Source: Spirochaetia bacterium
Lineage (GTDB): Bacteria > Spirochaetota > Spirochaetia > SZUA-6 > Bin103
DNA: 64,000 nt
Direction of reading: 5' to 3'
Assembly (NCBI GenBank): GCA_965203905.1
Contig: CBDBDQ010000005.1
Span: forward strand, 4,000,001 to 4,064,000
The first letter of the stretch is position 1. Each line of letters opens with the position of its first letter. Below the pieces are notes generated by a model. That model was given only the letters and a program-made list of their open reading frames with translations. It made no database searches and had not been told where the DNA came from. A program made the translations under genes and the position numbers. Of the stretch, positions 9,246-19,809 are shown one piece after another.

Positions 9246-10334
9246 ATGGCGCTGACCGCCGGCATCGTGGGCACCGGCCGCCGCGGCGGCGGCTTCAAGG
9301 CGGGGCTCGAAGCGGCCGGAATCCGCGTCGCGGCGGTGTGTGACGTGGATGCCGCAGGTCTGGCCGACACCGCTGCCCGCATGGGCGCGCAACAGCAGTA
9401 CGTGAACTACGAGCAGATGCTCGACCGGTCGGGGATCGACGCGGTGATCATCGCCACCCCGATGCAGCTCCACGCGCCGATGGCGGTCGCCGCGCTGGAG
9501 CGCGACATCCACGTCCTCAGCGAGGTGCCGGCGGGCGTGAGCCTGGACCAGTGCCGGGCGCTGGTGCGGGCCTGCCGGCGCAGCCGGGCGGCATACATGA
9601 TGGCCGAGAACTGCGTCTACCTGCGCAACAACATGCTGGTCGCCGAGCTGGTGCGGCGCGGCCGGTTCGGTCAGGTCTACTACGCCGAGGGCCAGTACGT
9701 GCACGAGCTCAAGGAGCGTAACGAGCAGACCCCCTGGCGCCGTACCTGGCAGACCGGGCTCGCCGGCGTGACCTACGGCACCCACAGCCTGGGTCCGATC
9801 CTGCAGTGGCTGCCGGGGGACCGTGTGACGCAGGTGTGCTGCGCAGACGCGGAGGTCCGGCTGCGCGATCCGCGCGGCGTGGAGTACGCGCAGATGACGC
9901 CGCTGATGCTGTGCCGGACCACGCGCGGGGCGCTGATCAAGATTCGCGTCGACATGCTGTCGGACCGCCCACACGGGATGAACAACTACCACCTGCAGGG
10001 AACCGACGGCTGCTACGAGTCGGGTAGGGTCTCCGCGTGCGGCGCCCGGATCTGGTTGCGCGAACTGACGCCGCAACCGCGCTGGTTCGGCATCGACGAG
10101 GTCGCCGGCTACCTCCCGGAGCCGTGGAAGAACCCGCCGCCGGCGGCGCTGACCGCAGGGCACGGCGGCGGCGACTATTTCGAGATCCTCGACTTCGCGA
10201 AGCTGGCGCGCGGCGCCACGGCCCCGTTTGGAGTCCACGAGGCGATGGATATGACGCTGCCGGGGCTGGTCAGCCAGCAGTCGGCGCTGCAGGGTGGAAC
10301 CTGGCTGGAGGTGCCCGACTCGCGCGACTGGTGA
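9246..10334 (+). CDS. Gfo/Idh/MocA family oxidoreductase
   Basis: GIVGTG, DAVIIATPMQLH, HVLSEVP, YMMAENC, GHGGGDY. Confidence 0.9.
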   Translation: MALTAGIVGTGRRGGGFKAGLEAAGIRVAAVCDVDAAGLADTAARMGAQQQYVNYEQMLDRSGIDAVIIATPMQLHAPMAVAALERDIHVLSEVPAGVSLDQCRALVRACRRSRAAYMMAENCVYLRNNMLVAELVRRGRFGQVYYAEGQYVHELKERNEQTPWRRTWQTGLAGVTYGTHSLGPILQWLPGDRVTQVCCADAEVRLRDPRGVEYAQMTPLMLCRTTRGALIKIRVDMLSDRPHGMNNYHLQGTDGCYESGRVSACGARIWLRELTPQPRWFGIDEVAGYLPEPWKNPPPAALTAGHGGGDYFEILDFAKLARGATAPFGVHEAMDMTLPGLVSQQSALQGGTWLEVPDSRDW

Positions 10335-10387
10335 TCCGGCGCCCTCACGCGGTTGACGCGCGGACGCGGCCAGCGTTCCATGGAGCC

Positions 10388-11998
10388 ATGCTGATCCATC
10401 CGCGTTCCCTGCACGACCGCACCTTCGATATCTGGCGCAGTCCCGGCCGCTTCACCAAGAACCCCGACCTGATCGAGCTGCCCGGCGGCCGCCTGATGCT
10501 GGTCTATAGCGACAACGACCAGCACTGGTCGCAGGAGGATCAAATCCTCACCCTGCTGGTCAGCGACGACGGCGGCCGTACCTGGCGCGAGCACCGCCGG
10601 GTGGCGCACACCGACCTGCGCCGCGGCGACGAGCGCATGGTCACCCCGCGCCTGAGCCGGCTGCGCGACGGACGCCTGGTGATCCTCATCGACCTGGACG
10701 ACTTCGGCCACTTCCACGAGCGCCAGCCCAGCGGCATCCTGGCCTACTGGAGCGACGACCAGGGCGACACCTGGCGCGGTCCGCAGGTCACCGGCATCCC
10801 CGGCTACGAGCCGGACCGGGTGGTGGAGCTGCCGGACGGCGCCCTGGGGGTGGTCACCCAGTACCTGACCGACGACCAGGCGCACGGCTGCTTCCTGTTC
10901 ACCTCCGCCGACGGCGGCGCCACCTGGGAGAAGCGCGGCGACGTGGCCTGCGACGGGTACTACCTGTTCTGCGAGGGGGCGCTGGTGCTGCTGCGCGACG
11001 GCAGTCTGGCCTGCGTGATGCGCGAGGACCACTCCGCGGGGCTGCCGAGCCTCGTCACCTTCTCCAGCGACGGCGGCCACACCTGGTCGCCCGCGGAGAT
11101 GCTGCCATTCTCGTTCCACCGCCCCTACGCCAAGCAGCTCCGCGACGGCCGCGTGCTGGTGACCGGGCGCAACGTCAACGGCGGCCTGGGCACCTATGCC
11201 TGGTGCGGCCACCTGCGCGCCGAGGCCGGCTACCGGCTCGGCGGACCGCGCCGCAAGTACGCCGCCCGGCTGGAGGCCGACGCCTTGGTCGTCGACCACC
11301 TGCCCGAGCACGAGTGCCGCTACTGCCTGCTGCCGCCGGAGTCGTCGCGCAGCGGCATCGAATTCGCCGCCGAGTTGAAGGTGGAAGGCCCGGCGGACCA
11401 GCCGCTCGCCTTCCTGTCGATCTCCAAGATCAACGTCGACGCCGGCGGCCGCGCACCGGGCATCGTGCTGTACGTGTACCGCGACCGCCTGGAGCTGGGC
11501 ACCCGCGGCGGTCTGGACCAAGTGCACCGGATTGCAATGACCGACTACCATCACCTCGCCCTGCACCACGACCGCGGCATCCTGGAGCTGCTGGTGGACG
11601 GCACCGCGGTGATGCGCACGATCGTGTTCAACGAGACCCACGCCGTCACCGACAGCTACACCCGCGACCCCGCCAAGCGCACCATGTTCGGCCAGTACGG
11701 CGTCACCGGGCGCAGCTTCTGGCGCCGGGTCAGCTACCGGGTGCGCAACCCCACCGTGCACAGTTGGGAGTGGCAGTGGCGCGCCGGGGACGGCACCTGG
11801 CCCAACCAGTACGAGCGCGAGCGCCTGATCCAGCTCCACGGCAACCACCCCGACTCGCAGCCGAACCCGGACAACGGCTACTCCTCATGGATCGAACGCG
11901 CCGACGGCTCGATCTTCTTCGTCGACTACACCAATCACGGCGACCCGCCGCGCAAGGCCCACCTGGTAGCCACCGAAATCACCCTCGCGGACCTGTAA
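10388..11998 (+). CDS. sialidase-like BNR/Asp-box beta-propeller with inserted beta-sandwich-like domain
   Basis: Asp boxes SDDGGRTW, SDDQGDTW, SADGGATW, SSDGGHTW; C-terminal DNGYSSW; no signal peptide. Confidence 0.8.
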   Translation: MLIHPRSLHDRTFDIWRSPGRFTKNPDLIELPGGRLMLVYSDNDQHWSQEDQILTLLVSDDGGRTWREHRRVAHTDLRRGDERMVTPRLSRLRDGRLVILIDLDDFGHFHERQPSGILAYWSDDQGDTWRGPQVTGIPGYEPDRVVELPDGALGVVTQYLTDDQAHGCFLFTSADGGATWEKRGDVACDGYYLFCEGALVLLRDGSLACVMREDHSAGLPSLVTFSSDGGHTWSPAEMLPFSFHRPYAKQLRDGRVLVTGRNVNGGLGTYAWCGHLRAEAGYRLGGPRRKYAARLEADALVVDHLPEHECRYCLLPPESSRSGIEFAAELKVEGPADQPLAFLSISKINVDAGGRAPGIVLYVYRDRLELGTRGGLDQVHRIAMTDYHHLALHHDRGILELLVDGTAVMRTIVFNETHAVTDSYTRDPAKRTMFGQYGVTGRSFWRRVSYRVRNPTVHSWEWQWRAGDGTWPNQYERERLIQLHGNHPDSQPNPDNGYSSWIERADGSIFFVDYTNHGDPPRKAHLVATEITLADL

Positions 11999-12084
11999 CC
12001 CGGGGCCGGGTAGCTGCTGCCGGTCGTTTGTCCGCCGGCCGTCCTTGGCGCTTGACCCAACCAGCGACCGATTGTTATGTACAG

Positions 12085-12109
12085 CCAACATTGGAAACTC
12101 CAATGTTGG
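12085..12109. promoter_or_regulatory. operator palindrome upstream of hipB-like gene
   Basis: CCAACATTGGA-aac-TCCAATGTTGG, perfect 11-bp inverted repeat downstream of a TTGACC hexamer. Confidence 0.65.
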
Positions 12110-12120
12110 TGGAAAAAGAC

Positions 12121-12462
12121 ATGCCAAGGCTGACTAGAATGGCGGGCTCTCCCCCGGCCGCGGTGGAGGAAGCGCTGCAGCGGCTGGGGCGGAACATCCG
12201 CACGGCACGGCTGCGGCGCGGGCTCCCGCAAGCCGCGCTTGCCGAGCGCATGGGCGTCTCGCGCTTCGTGGTAGCGGACGTCGAGAGGGGCAAGCCGACC
12301 ACGGGCGTCGCCGCCTACGTGGGCGCCCTGTGGGTGCTGGGCCTGCTGGGCGACCTGTCCGAGGTGGCCGATCCGGACCGCGACGAGGAAGGCAAGACGC
12401 TGGAACGCGCCCGCGGCCCGAGGCGGGCGCGGGGCCGCCGGGCGCTCAGCGATGAGTTCTGA
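12121..12462 (+). CDS. XRE-family HTH antitoxin (HipB-like)
   Basis: LGRNIRTARLRRGLPQAALAERMGVSRFVVADVERGKP; overlaps downstream HipA gene. Confidence 0.85.
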   Translation: MPRLTRMAGSPPAAVEEALQRLGRNIRTARLRRGLPQAALAERMGVSRFVVADVERGKPTTGVAAYVGALWVLGLLGDLSEVADPDRDEEGKTLERARGPRRARGRRALSDEF

Positions 12463-13773
12463 GCGCGAGTGCTTCGTCTACATCGTGCCGCCGAGCGCGA
12501 CGGAGTTCGTGACCGCCGGGCGCTTCCGCTGGATCGACGACGGCGCCGCGGCGGTCGGCCAGTTCGTGTATGGACGCTCCTACCGGGAGCGGGCCGACGC
12601 GGTCGAGCTGGACCCGGTCGATCTGCGTCTCTCGACCCAGGTGTACGAGACGGCACGCATGCAGGGGTTCTTCGGTGCGATCCGGGATTCGATGCCGGAT
12701 TTCTGGGGACGGCGCGTGATCGAGCGCAACTCCGGTCTTGGCGAATTCAGCGAGTTCGACTACCTGCTGCAAGGACCGGACGACCGCGCCGGGGCGCTGG
12801 GCTTCGGCCTCTCTGTCGAGTCCCCCGCTCCGAGGCGCCGCTTCAACCGAACGCTGGATCTCGCCGCGCTCCAGCGCGCGGCCGACGCCATCCTCGACGA
12901 CGATCCGGAGCGCGCAGAATCCGCGGCGGCGCCGATCGAGGAGCTGCTTCTCCTCGGCACCTCGATGGGCGGAGCACGTCCCAAGGCGGTGGTGGAGCAC
13001 GCGGGCGGTCTCTGGTCGCCAAGTTCGGCCGCGGTGACCACCGCTGGAACGATTCGCGGGTCGAGCACGGCATGCTCGGTCTCGCCCGGGCATGCGGCCT
13101 GAACGTCGCGGCCAGCCGTGTCGAGACCGTGGCGGGAGGCGACGTGCTGCTGGTGCGCCGGTTCGACCGTGAGCGGGCCGATGCCGGTCGAACCCGCGCC
13201 GGTTTCCGTCGCCACCGGATGGCCAGCGCCTTGACGCTGCTGCGCACCGGCGACGGACTTGGAGACCGCGGCGACTGGTCCTATCTGCTGCTCGCCGATG
13301 AGGTGCGCCGCGTGAGCGCGAGACCGCAAGACGATCTGCGCGAGCTGTTCGGCCGCATGTGCTTCAACGCGGCAGTGTCCAATCTGGACGACCACCCGCG
13401 CAATCACGCGGTCCTCGCCCAGGGACGGCAGTGGCGTCTGAGCCCGGCCTACGACCTGACGCCGGCGCCCGTCGTGGCACGTGAACGGCGCGATCTGGCG
13501 ATGGCCTGCGGCCGTTTCGGGCGCTACGCCGACAGGACCAACCTGCTGAGCGGTCACGGGCGTTTCCTGCTCGCACAGGCGGCGGCGGAGGCGGTGTTCG
13601 ACGGCATCGCCAACACCGTGCGCGCGCGCTGGCATACCGAGATGCGCTGCGCCGGAGCGAGCGAGCGCGACTGTGAGACGATCCGGCCCGCGTTCCTGTA
13701 TGACGGCCTCTTCTACGAGAACGGTGGTATAGGCTCACAACTCCGCCGGATCGGCGATGGGGACGGACGGTGA
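12452..13773 (+). pseudogene. hipA: HipA-family kinase toxin, frameshifted near 13015 (or assembly indel)
   Basis: DSMPDFWG, DRAGAL, GTSMGGARPK in one frame; (V)AKF...LLVRRFDR...NLDDHPRNH...LSPAYDL in the next; ctctggtcgcc lacks one G. Confidence 0.8.
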
Positions 13774-14169
13774 AAGCCGCCGGAATTCGTCGACGTTGTA
13801 CGTCGCGATGACCTCGGCGCCGGCTCCGCTGAGCAGGCGGATGATGAACGCGTCATAGGCGGCCCCTCCCGCCGCAGGGACTGCAACCAGCCGAGCGATG
13901 ATGTCCCATATCGTCGCTGCCGCAAACGGTGCAATACGCGCGTGCTCTTCCACGGTCTCGCGCAGGACGATCTCGGCCTCGGCAGGGGCTACCCGGTATT
14001 GGGCGGGGAGGCGCGTGAGCACGGCGTACGCCTCCAGCACGGAGTGGTGCGCGACGACCACGTCATGCGCTTCGAACGCGGCGTCAAGCCACCGTGCCGA
14101 CGACGCATGAATCGGGTGGTTCGCGTGTACGGCCGCTATGATGACCGACGTGTCTACCCCGATCGTCAC
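13735..14169 (-). CDS. vapC: PIN-domain toxin (VapC family)
   Basis: GVDTSVII, VLEAYAVLTRLP, AYDAFI, TYNVDEF. Confidence 0.85.
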   Translation of the reverse strand: MTIGVDTSVIIAAVHANHPIHASSARWLDAAFEAHDVVVAHHSVLEAYAVLTRLPAQYRVAPAEAEIVLRETVEEHARIAPFAAATIWDIIARLVAVPAAGGAAYDAFIIRLLSGAGAEVIATYNVDEFRRLSPSVPIADPAEL

Positions 14170-14432
14170 GTCAACAGGCCGCCCTTACCGTCCAGGTGTC
14201 CGGTGCGAACTCGGTCGACGGCGAAGATCTCCGCCGGTGCCGTGCCCACACCGGTGTCCACTGCCGCGATGCGGCCGCGGCGGACGATTCGTCGCTTGGG
14301 CATGATCGGCAGCAACGTGATGCCGTCCGGAATCGTGACGATCTCGATCTCGACTCCTGGTTCAAACCGGTACCGCTCGCGTAGCGGTTTCGGTATCACG
14401 AGCCGGCCGGAACGATCGATGCGCGTCTTCAT
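14166..14432 (-). CDS. AbrB/MazE/SpoVT-family antitoxin
   Basis: MKTRIDRSGRLVIPKPLRERYRFEPG; overlaps PIN gene start. Confidence 0.88.
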   Translation of the reverse strand: MKTRIDRSGRLVIPKPLRERYRFEPGVEIEIVTIPDGITLLPIMPKRRIVRRGRIAAVDTGVGTAPAEIFAVDRVRTGHLDGKGGLLT

Positions 14433-14829
14433 GGTAGTCCAGAGTGTCATATTGGATGGCATCTGGCAAGAATAATGGTACTGAACCAATCCAGGAGCAA
14501 ACGGTCTGCACGCCAGACTATGGCGTCGAGCAGCTTGCGACGCTGCTCGACGGGATACGGCTACGGAGGGCGATGCCGGGCTGCGGAAGCTTCGCGGGCG
14601 ACACCGAGGATCTCGAAGCGATGTGCCGGACGAGCTGATCGCGAGTCAGTAATCGGCGGTCCGCTGATCACAAGCCGATGACAGCGCCGATGTTCGCGAG
14701 CGGGACGCCTGGACCGCAAGGGCGGCACCCGGAGTGCTCGCGAAATCACTGCGCCGTCGTGGCGTGGGCGATACGGATCAAGGGCGTCGGTCGCCATGTC
14801 GCGTGGAGGAGGAGGCGCTGAGACTGCCC

Positions 14830-14994
14830 TTACGGATCCTCCTGAGGGGCCGCGCTATTATCTTGCGGTTTATTGTTGGGTCGTTGGCCGGCGGGGTTGG
14901 CCGTCGGCCTTGGGGTCTGCGGTTTCGGCCGTTGTCCACCCCTGCGGAGAACACCTTCGTCAAGGGGGCGGATCACTCTATCTTCGGCTGCCAT
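14830..14994 (-). CDS. small Pro/Gln-rich hypothetical protein (54 aa)
   Basis: GGAGG RBS just before ATG; MAAEDRVIRPLDEGVLRRGGQRPKPQTPRPTANPAGQ... Confidence 0.45.
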   Translation of the reverse strand: MAAEDRVIRPLDEGVLRRGGQRPKPQTPRPTANPAGQRPNNKPQDNSAAPQEDP

Positions 14995-15106
14995 CAGCTT
15001 CCTCCAGGTCAGCGGGGCAGATCGTACCATGCCGGCGCATGCGACCACAGGTTGCACCATCGCGGTGGTCTATCGACAGCGCGGCCGACATCCCACGCAC
15101 TAGCGG

Positions 15107-16535
15107 TCAGTGCTCGCGGGCGGACAGGAACAGGTCGTAGGAGTTGCTCTGCCAGGAGTTCTCCGCTACGAGTCCGTCTCCGGTAGCTCGCATGCGCGCC
15201 ACCAGGCGCTCCTTCATACGGCGCAGGACGTGCTTGAAGGCCACCATCCCGGCGAGGTTATGCAGCTCGCCGGGGTCCGAGCGCAGGTCGTACAGCTCGT
15301 CCTCGGTGGCCGGGTTGTAGACGTACTTCCAGTTCGCCGTGCGGATCATCCGCGTGCTGTACAGCGTGGTCTCGTAGCCGTGGAACTCCGCGAACACGTC
15401 GTCGGGCCAGTCGGCCGGCGTCTGCCCCACCAAGCAGCGGCGCCAGGGAGCGGCCGTCCGCGTCGGCAAGCGGTTCCGCCGCGGCCAGTTCCAGGAGCGT
15501 GGGAGTCAGGTCCACCAGATTCGCGAACGCCGTGGCGGTAACGCCGGGCTCGATGCCGGGGCCGGCAACCAGGAGCGGCACGCGGTGGGTCTCCTCGTAC
15601 ATGTGGAACCCCTTGTTGAACAGGCGGTGGTTGCCGAGCATGTCGCCGTGATCGGAGGTCACCACCACGACGGTGTCATGCCCGTGTCCTGTGCGCTCCA
15701 GCGCAGCGAGCACGCGGCCTATCTGGTGGTCGACGAAGCTGCAGTACCCCCAGTAGGCGGCGATCGCACGCTGCCAGTCGGGCCAGGTCAGGTGGGCGGC
15801 GTTCCAGCGCATCAGCTCCTTCTGCTGGATCAGCGGCTTGCCGTCGAACCGCTCGTCGAAGTTGGCCGGCCGCGGAACCTGGGCCGGGTCGTACCTGGTG
15901 TCGTACGGCTCCGGTACGGAGTAGGGGAAGTGGGGTCCGAAGAAGGAGGCGGCAACCATGAACGGGGCGTTGCCGCTGCCGAACCCGTCGATCATCTCTA
16001 TCGCCCGATCCGCGGTCCACGCTTCCTGGGTGCGGTCGGCCGGCAGCGTGTTGCGGCCCGCGAAGGGCGCTGATCCGCCCCACTCCAGGCGCTGCACCTC
16101 GCTGCGCGCGAAGTCGTAGTCCGGCTGGTCCAGGGAGCGCAGCCACTCGGCGGGCGTATGCCAGCGGTGCACGTGCCACAGTGCGCCGTCATCCTCCCGC
16201 GGCAGATGCCACTTGCCCGTGTAGCCGATCCGGTAGCCCGCGCCGGCGAGCCGGGAGAGCAGCGTCGGCTGGCCGATGAGCCGGTCGTCGAACACGCCGT
16301 TGAAGTTGCCCATGTTGGACAGCTGCCGGTGATTGTGGGGATAGCGGCCGGTGAGCAGCGACGCGCGCGCCGGGGTACACAGCGCGATCGGCGTGAAGGC
16401 GCTGGCGAAGCGCACCCCCGCGGCGGCCACCGAGTCCATGGCCGGCGTCCGGCACACCGGTGCGCCGTTGCAGCTCAGGGCGTCGTATCGAAGCTGGTCG
16501 GCCAGCAGGATGAGTACGTTCGGTGGCTTCGGCAT
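15107..16535 (-). CDS. sulfatase (formylglycine type) with 1-nt frameshift near 15427
   Basis: PNVLILLADQ, CTPAR (CxPxR), GKWHL, SDHGD, YEETHRVPL; C-terminus (ELYDLRSDPGELHNL) in next frame after a G-run. Confidence 0.88.
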
Positions 16536-16693
16536 CGGTGCTCACAGATACCACGACCGCCCGCCGCCGTCGACAGGCCTGCCGCGCTGCTCCGCGGGGT
16601 GACGCCCGTTCTCCGGGGCGAGGTCAGATCGCCGAAGCGCGCCACCGTTGCCGGCATCCGCCAGCGCCATCTAACATGCGGGCCGCCGGAGCC

Positions 16694-17548
16694 ATGAAAG
16701 ACGCAACGCCTTACCGGGAGTGCAGCGCGCTGCTGGACGATGCCACTGCCCTGCGCGCCGCCGCGCGTGACCGCGGCTACCTGTTCTTCCGCGGCCTCCT
16801 GCCCGCCACGGCGGTGCGCCAAGTGCGTCGCGACGTGCTGCAGGAGATCCAGCGCCAGGGGTACCTGGCGCCGGGCACGCCGTGGGACGACGCCGTGGCC
16901 AGGCCCGGCACCTCGCTCTCCGCGTTCGACATCCATCCCGAATACCGGGCCCACTACAACGGGTTGCTGCGGCTGCACAGCTTTCATGCGCTCGCGCTGC
17001 ACCCACTCCTGCTGGAGGTCCTGGAACTGCTGTTCGACGAGCCGCCGTTGATGCACCCGCGGCACATCTGCCACGCGATCTTCCCCGGCGATCCGAAGGA
17101 CGTACGGGTGCCGCACCAGGACTTCTTCGCCGTACGCGGCACCACCGATACCTGGACCGCGTGGCTGCCGCTGGGCGACTTCGGCGCCGAATTTGGCGGT
17201 GGGCTCGGCATCGTTCCCGGTTCGCACCACCGCGGGCTGCAGGACGCCGACGACTGGACCATGGAGGTCAAGATGGCGCCGGGCGTGCGCTGGGCCTGGA
17301 GCCCGATGAACTGCGGCGACGTGCTGCTGTTCCACAGCCTGACCATCCATCACGCGCAGTTGAACACCACCGACCGCGTGCGGCTGGCGGTGAGCTACCG
17401 CAGCCAGCCCGGCAGCCACCCGGTGGCGGCAAGTTCACTGGAGCCTCACATGCAGTTTCTGACCTGGGGCGAGCTGTATCGCGACTGGGCGGCGGACGAT
17501 CCGTTACGCTACTACTGGCGCGTGCTGCAGCCCCGGGTCACGGAATAG
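16694..17548 (+). CDS. phytanoyl-CoA dioxygenase (PhyH) family Fe/2OG dioxygenase
   Basis: PHQD, TAWLPLGD, VPGSH, GDVLLFHSLTIH, RLAVSYR. Confidence 0.9.
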   Translation: MKDATPYRECSALLDDATALRAAARDRGYLFFRGLLPATAVRQVRRDVLQEIQRQGYLAPGTPWDDAVARPGTSLSAFDIHPEYRAHYNGLLRLHSFHALALHPLLLEVLELLFDEPPLMHPRHICHAIFPGDPKDVRVPHQDFFAVRGTTDTWTAWLPLGDFGAEFGGGLGIVPGSHHRGLQDADDWTMEVKMAPGVRWAWSPMNCGDVLLFHSLTIHHAQLNTTDRVRLAVSYRSQPGSHPVAASSLEPHMQFLTWGELYRDWAADDPLRYYWRVLQPRVTE

Positions 17549-17879
17549 CGCATCCCACTTTGGGACATCCAATAATAACAATACCGGGCGACAGGCTGAG
17601 CGCTTAGGAGTCTTGTCGTCGGGACAAGGTCGCTCCGGATCCGGCCGAAGCATCGCACGGGCCAATCGTCTCGCACGTCGCGGGAGCGTCACCACCGGCG
17701 GACGAATGCCAGCGGTGTACGCCCCTCGGCGTGTCGTTATCGTCCCATGGCAGGGCCACTGCCCGTGCAGCCGACTCGGTATCCTGCGCTGGCGCGGCGG
17801 GCCAGCAGCGTGGGCTGTCCGATTACAGGTCCTCGAACACCCCGCTCAAGCTGGCCTGTGGACCCAGTCCACCGCGTGC

Positions 17880-18060
17880 CGCTCCCGATAGCCTGGGAGC
17901 CGATGTTGAACAAACGGTGATTGCCGAGTATGTCCGTATGTCGCCGTGATCCAAGGGCACCGCGTCGTGTCGCTGCCGTGCTCACCGGATTCGCGTGCGG
18001 ACGTGGCCGCATCACCAAGTCCATCGCCGGTATGTGGCACGCCTGAGCCATGTCGCAGTC
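17880..18060 (-). pseudogene. eroded remnant of a second sulfatase gene
   Basis: DILGNHRLFNIG and ACHIPAMDLV match DMLGNHRLFNKG and VCRTPAMDSV of the 15107-16535 sulfatase; the intervening sequence is missing. Confidence 0.6.
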
Positions 18061-18333
18061 TGACGGAATTGTGACGCGCTAATTTGGCCGAAAGAATGAG
18101 AACGATGAGAATGCTCGGCCGTTTACGCAACGGTGTCTCGCTGATACCATTACGACCAAGGCTTTCGAACACTCTGGCCTCCCTAACGAACGCCGCTCGG
18201 AGGTCCGCGGCTGTCCTGACTGACACGAGCCAGTGAAGACTCCGCTTGGAACACCCCAAGCGCGAACTGATTTTGGATCCTCTACTGATCGAAGAGTAGC
18301 TGATCCAACGAAAAGGCACGAAATGGAAGTAAA

Positions 18334-19194
18334 ATGAGAAGACTTCGAGCGCACTTTGATACGAACCTCATTCCTGACCCTCGGACGGTCTCGCAATCCG
18401 ACCCTCAGTCTGCGGGCTCATTCGCCGAACTTGTGAAGGAGGTCGCTTGGTTGTCCAACACTTTTCCGCACCAGCTCTTATTCTTCCGTGGTCAGACGAA
18501 CGACCACAAGAATAGAGCAGGTACAACTACAATTTATCCCAGCATTTATCGTGACGAACCTCTTCACAAGGAAGAAATTATGGCAAAGTACGAGGTGTTG
18601 GAAACGGCGGCCAACGACCTCGCAAATCGATTGTCTCAAAACCGCCATGAAGCACACTCGAGATGATCTAAAGAGGCGAAAGTACGTTCAGTGGAGCATC
18701 TTGCAACATTATATACGACGACTGAGTATGACGTCAAATCGGATCTGGACTTTGATCAACGTCTTGTCAGGAAGTTCTCGATACCGAACCGAGACAGCTT
18801 CTGGAAACCGAATGGTGGTCCTATTTCCGACCGCTTGTTGTTCCCTGAGAGCGATTTCGTCGCCGAGCTTTGTCGGGAGATCAAGACAGTCAGCGATCGG
18901 ATGGCGCTACCCGGAGAAATCGGCTCTTTCGTCCAAGGTTGGTCGCTTCTTGAAAAATCCCTTCCTTATCGTATAGATGTACCTAAGGATCGGATCCTGT
19001 CGACGGCTCAGACGATCACGAGGGGAAAAGAGTTTGGAAATATCACAATGGAAACGGCGGCAAAACTACATAATCTGCGTAGGATCAGGAATCTGGTTGT
19101 ACACGGAGCGCATGGGATCGACCCCGAACAGATTCGGACCGCACTCAACTTGCTCAGCGAGGTCATGTCGGATTTGGATATCGAGGTCGAATAG
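18334..19194 (+). pseudogene. FRG-domain protein with C-terminal HEPN-like helix; frameshifted and internally deleted
   Basis: LFFRGQ...YPSIYR, then WSILQHY in a second frame, expected TPLLD segment absent, then C-terminus with RRIRNLVVHG (RxxxxH) in a third frame. Confidence 0.7.
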
Positions 19195-19809
19195 AAGTTG
19201 TTGCGATTAGGTGGGGAATTATGGACTGATTATTCAGGATAACTGCGTCGATTGAGATGATGGCCAGAGCCTGGGGTGGTGTTCGGAGAGTTAGATCTTC
19301 GGACTCTAGGAGGAGGTTATGGGTGTAGACATTGGGCTCTGGTAGTCGCACAGGGGATGCTTGGTGTCGCTGAGCTTCATTGGTGCGACGAAGGTCAGGG
19401 ATTGGAAAGGTGGAGTTAAGCGGAGTATAGGATTATGGAGAAGTGTCAGTGGGCGACGCGTCGGCGTTGCAGACGTAGTCTAGATTGACGACACAGGCTG
19501 TGCGGTACAACAGCCGGTTGAGGATCAGGATTTGTTGGGGCGGTGGCGCAGGCACGCACCGACGCTGCGGATGATACTCTGAGGATTGACGGAGGCTGGC
19601 AGGGATGAGTGGACGCACCCATGGCCGATCGGAAGTGGCTCGATTTGTGGGGTCCGGCTGGCGGGAGCGTGATTACAGGGGTCTACGCGAGTGCTATAAT
19701 AACCTGGAGCGGAGACCGACGGATTCGCTGGTCGTTACCGGTACGCGTGTATGCGGGTACGGGGGGCGGATGATCGATTCGGCTCCAATGCTCAGCGGGG
19801 ACGCCGCGG

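Noticed and set aside
13005-13025. Programmed ribosomal frameshift in hipA (also 8700 and 15427)
   Set aside because: No X XXY YYZ slippery heptamer seen; mutation or sequencing indel is simpler
14444-14681. Short ORFs upstream of the AbrB antitoxin
   Set aside because: No recognisable family or clear RBS; possibly a remnant
19200-19800. Short ORFs in the low-GC spacer
   Set aside because: No recognisable motifs; looks like eroded sequence
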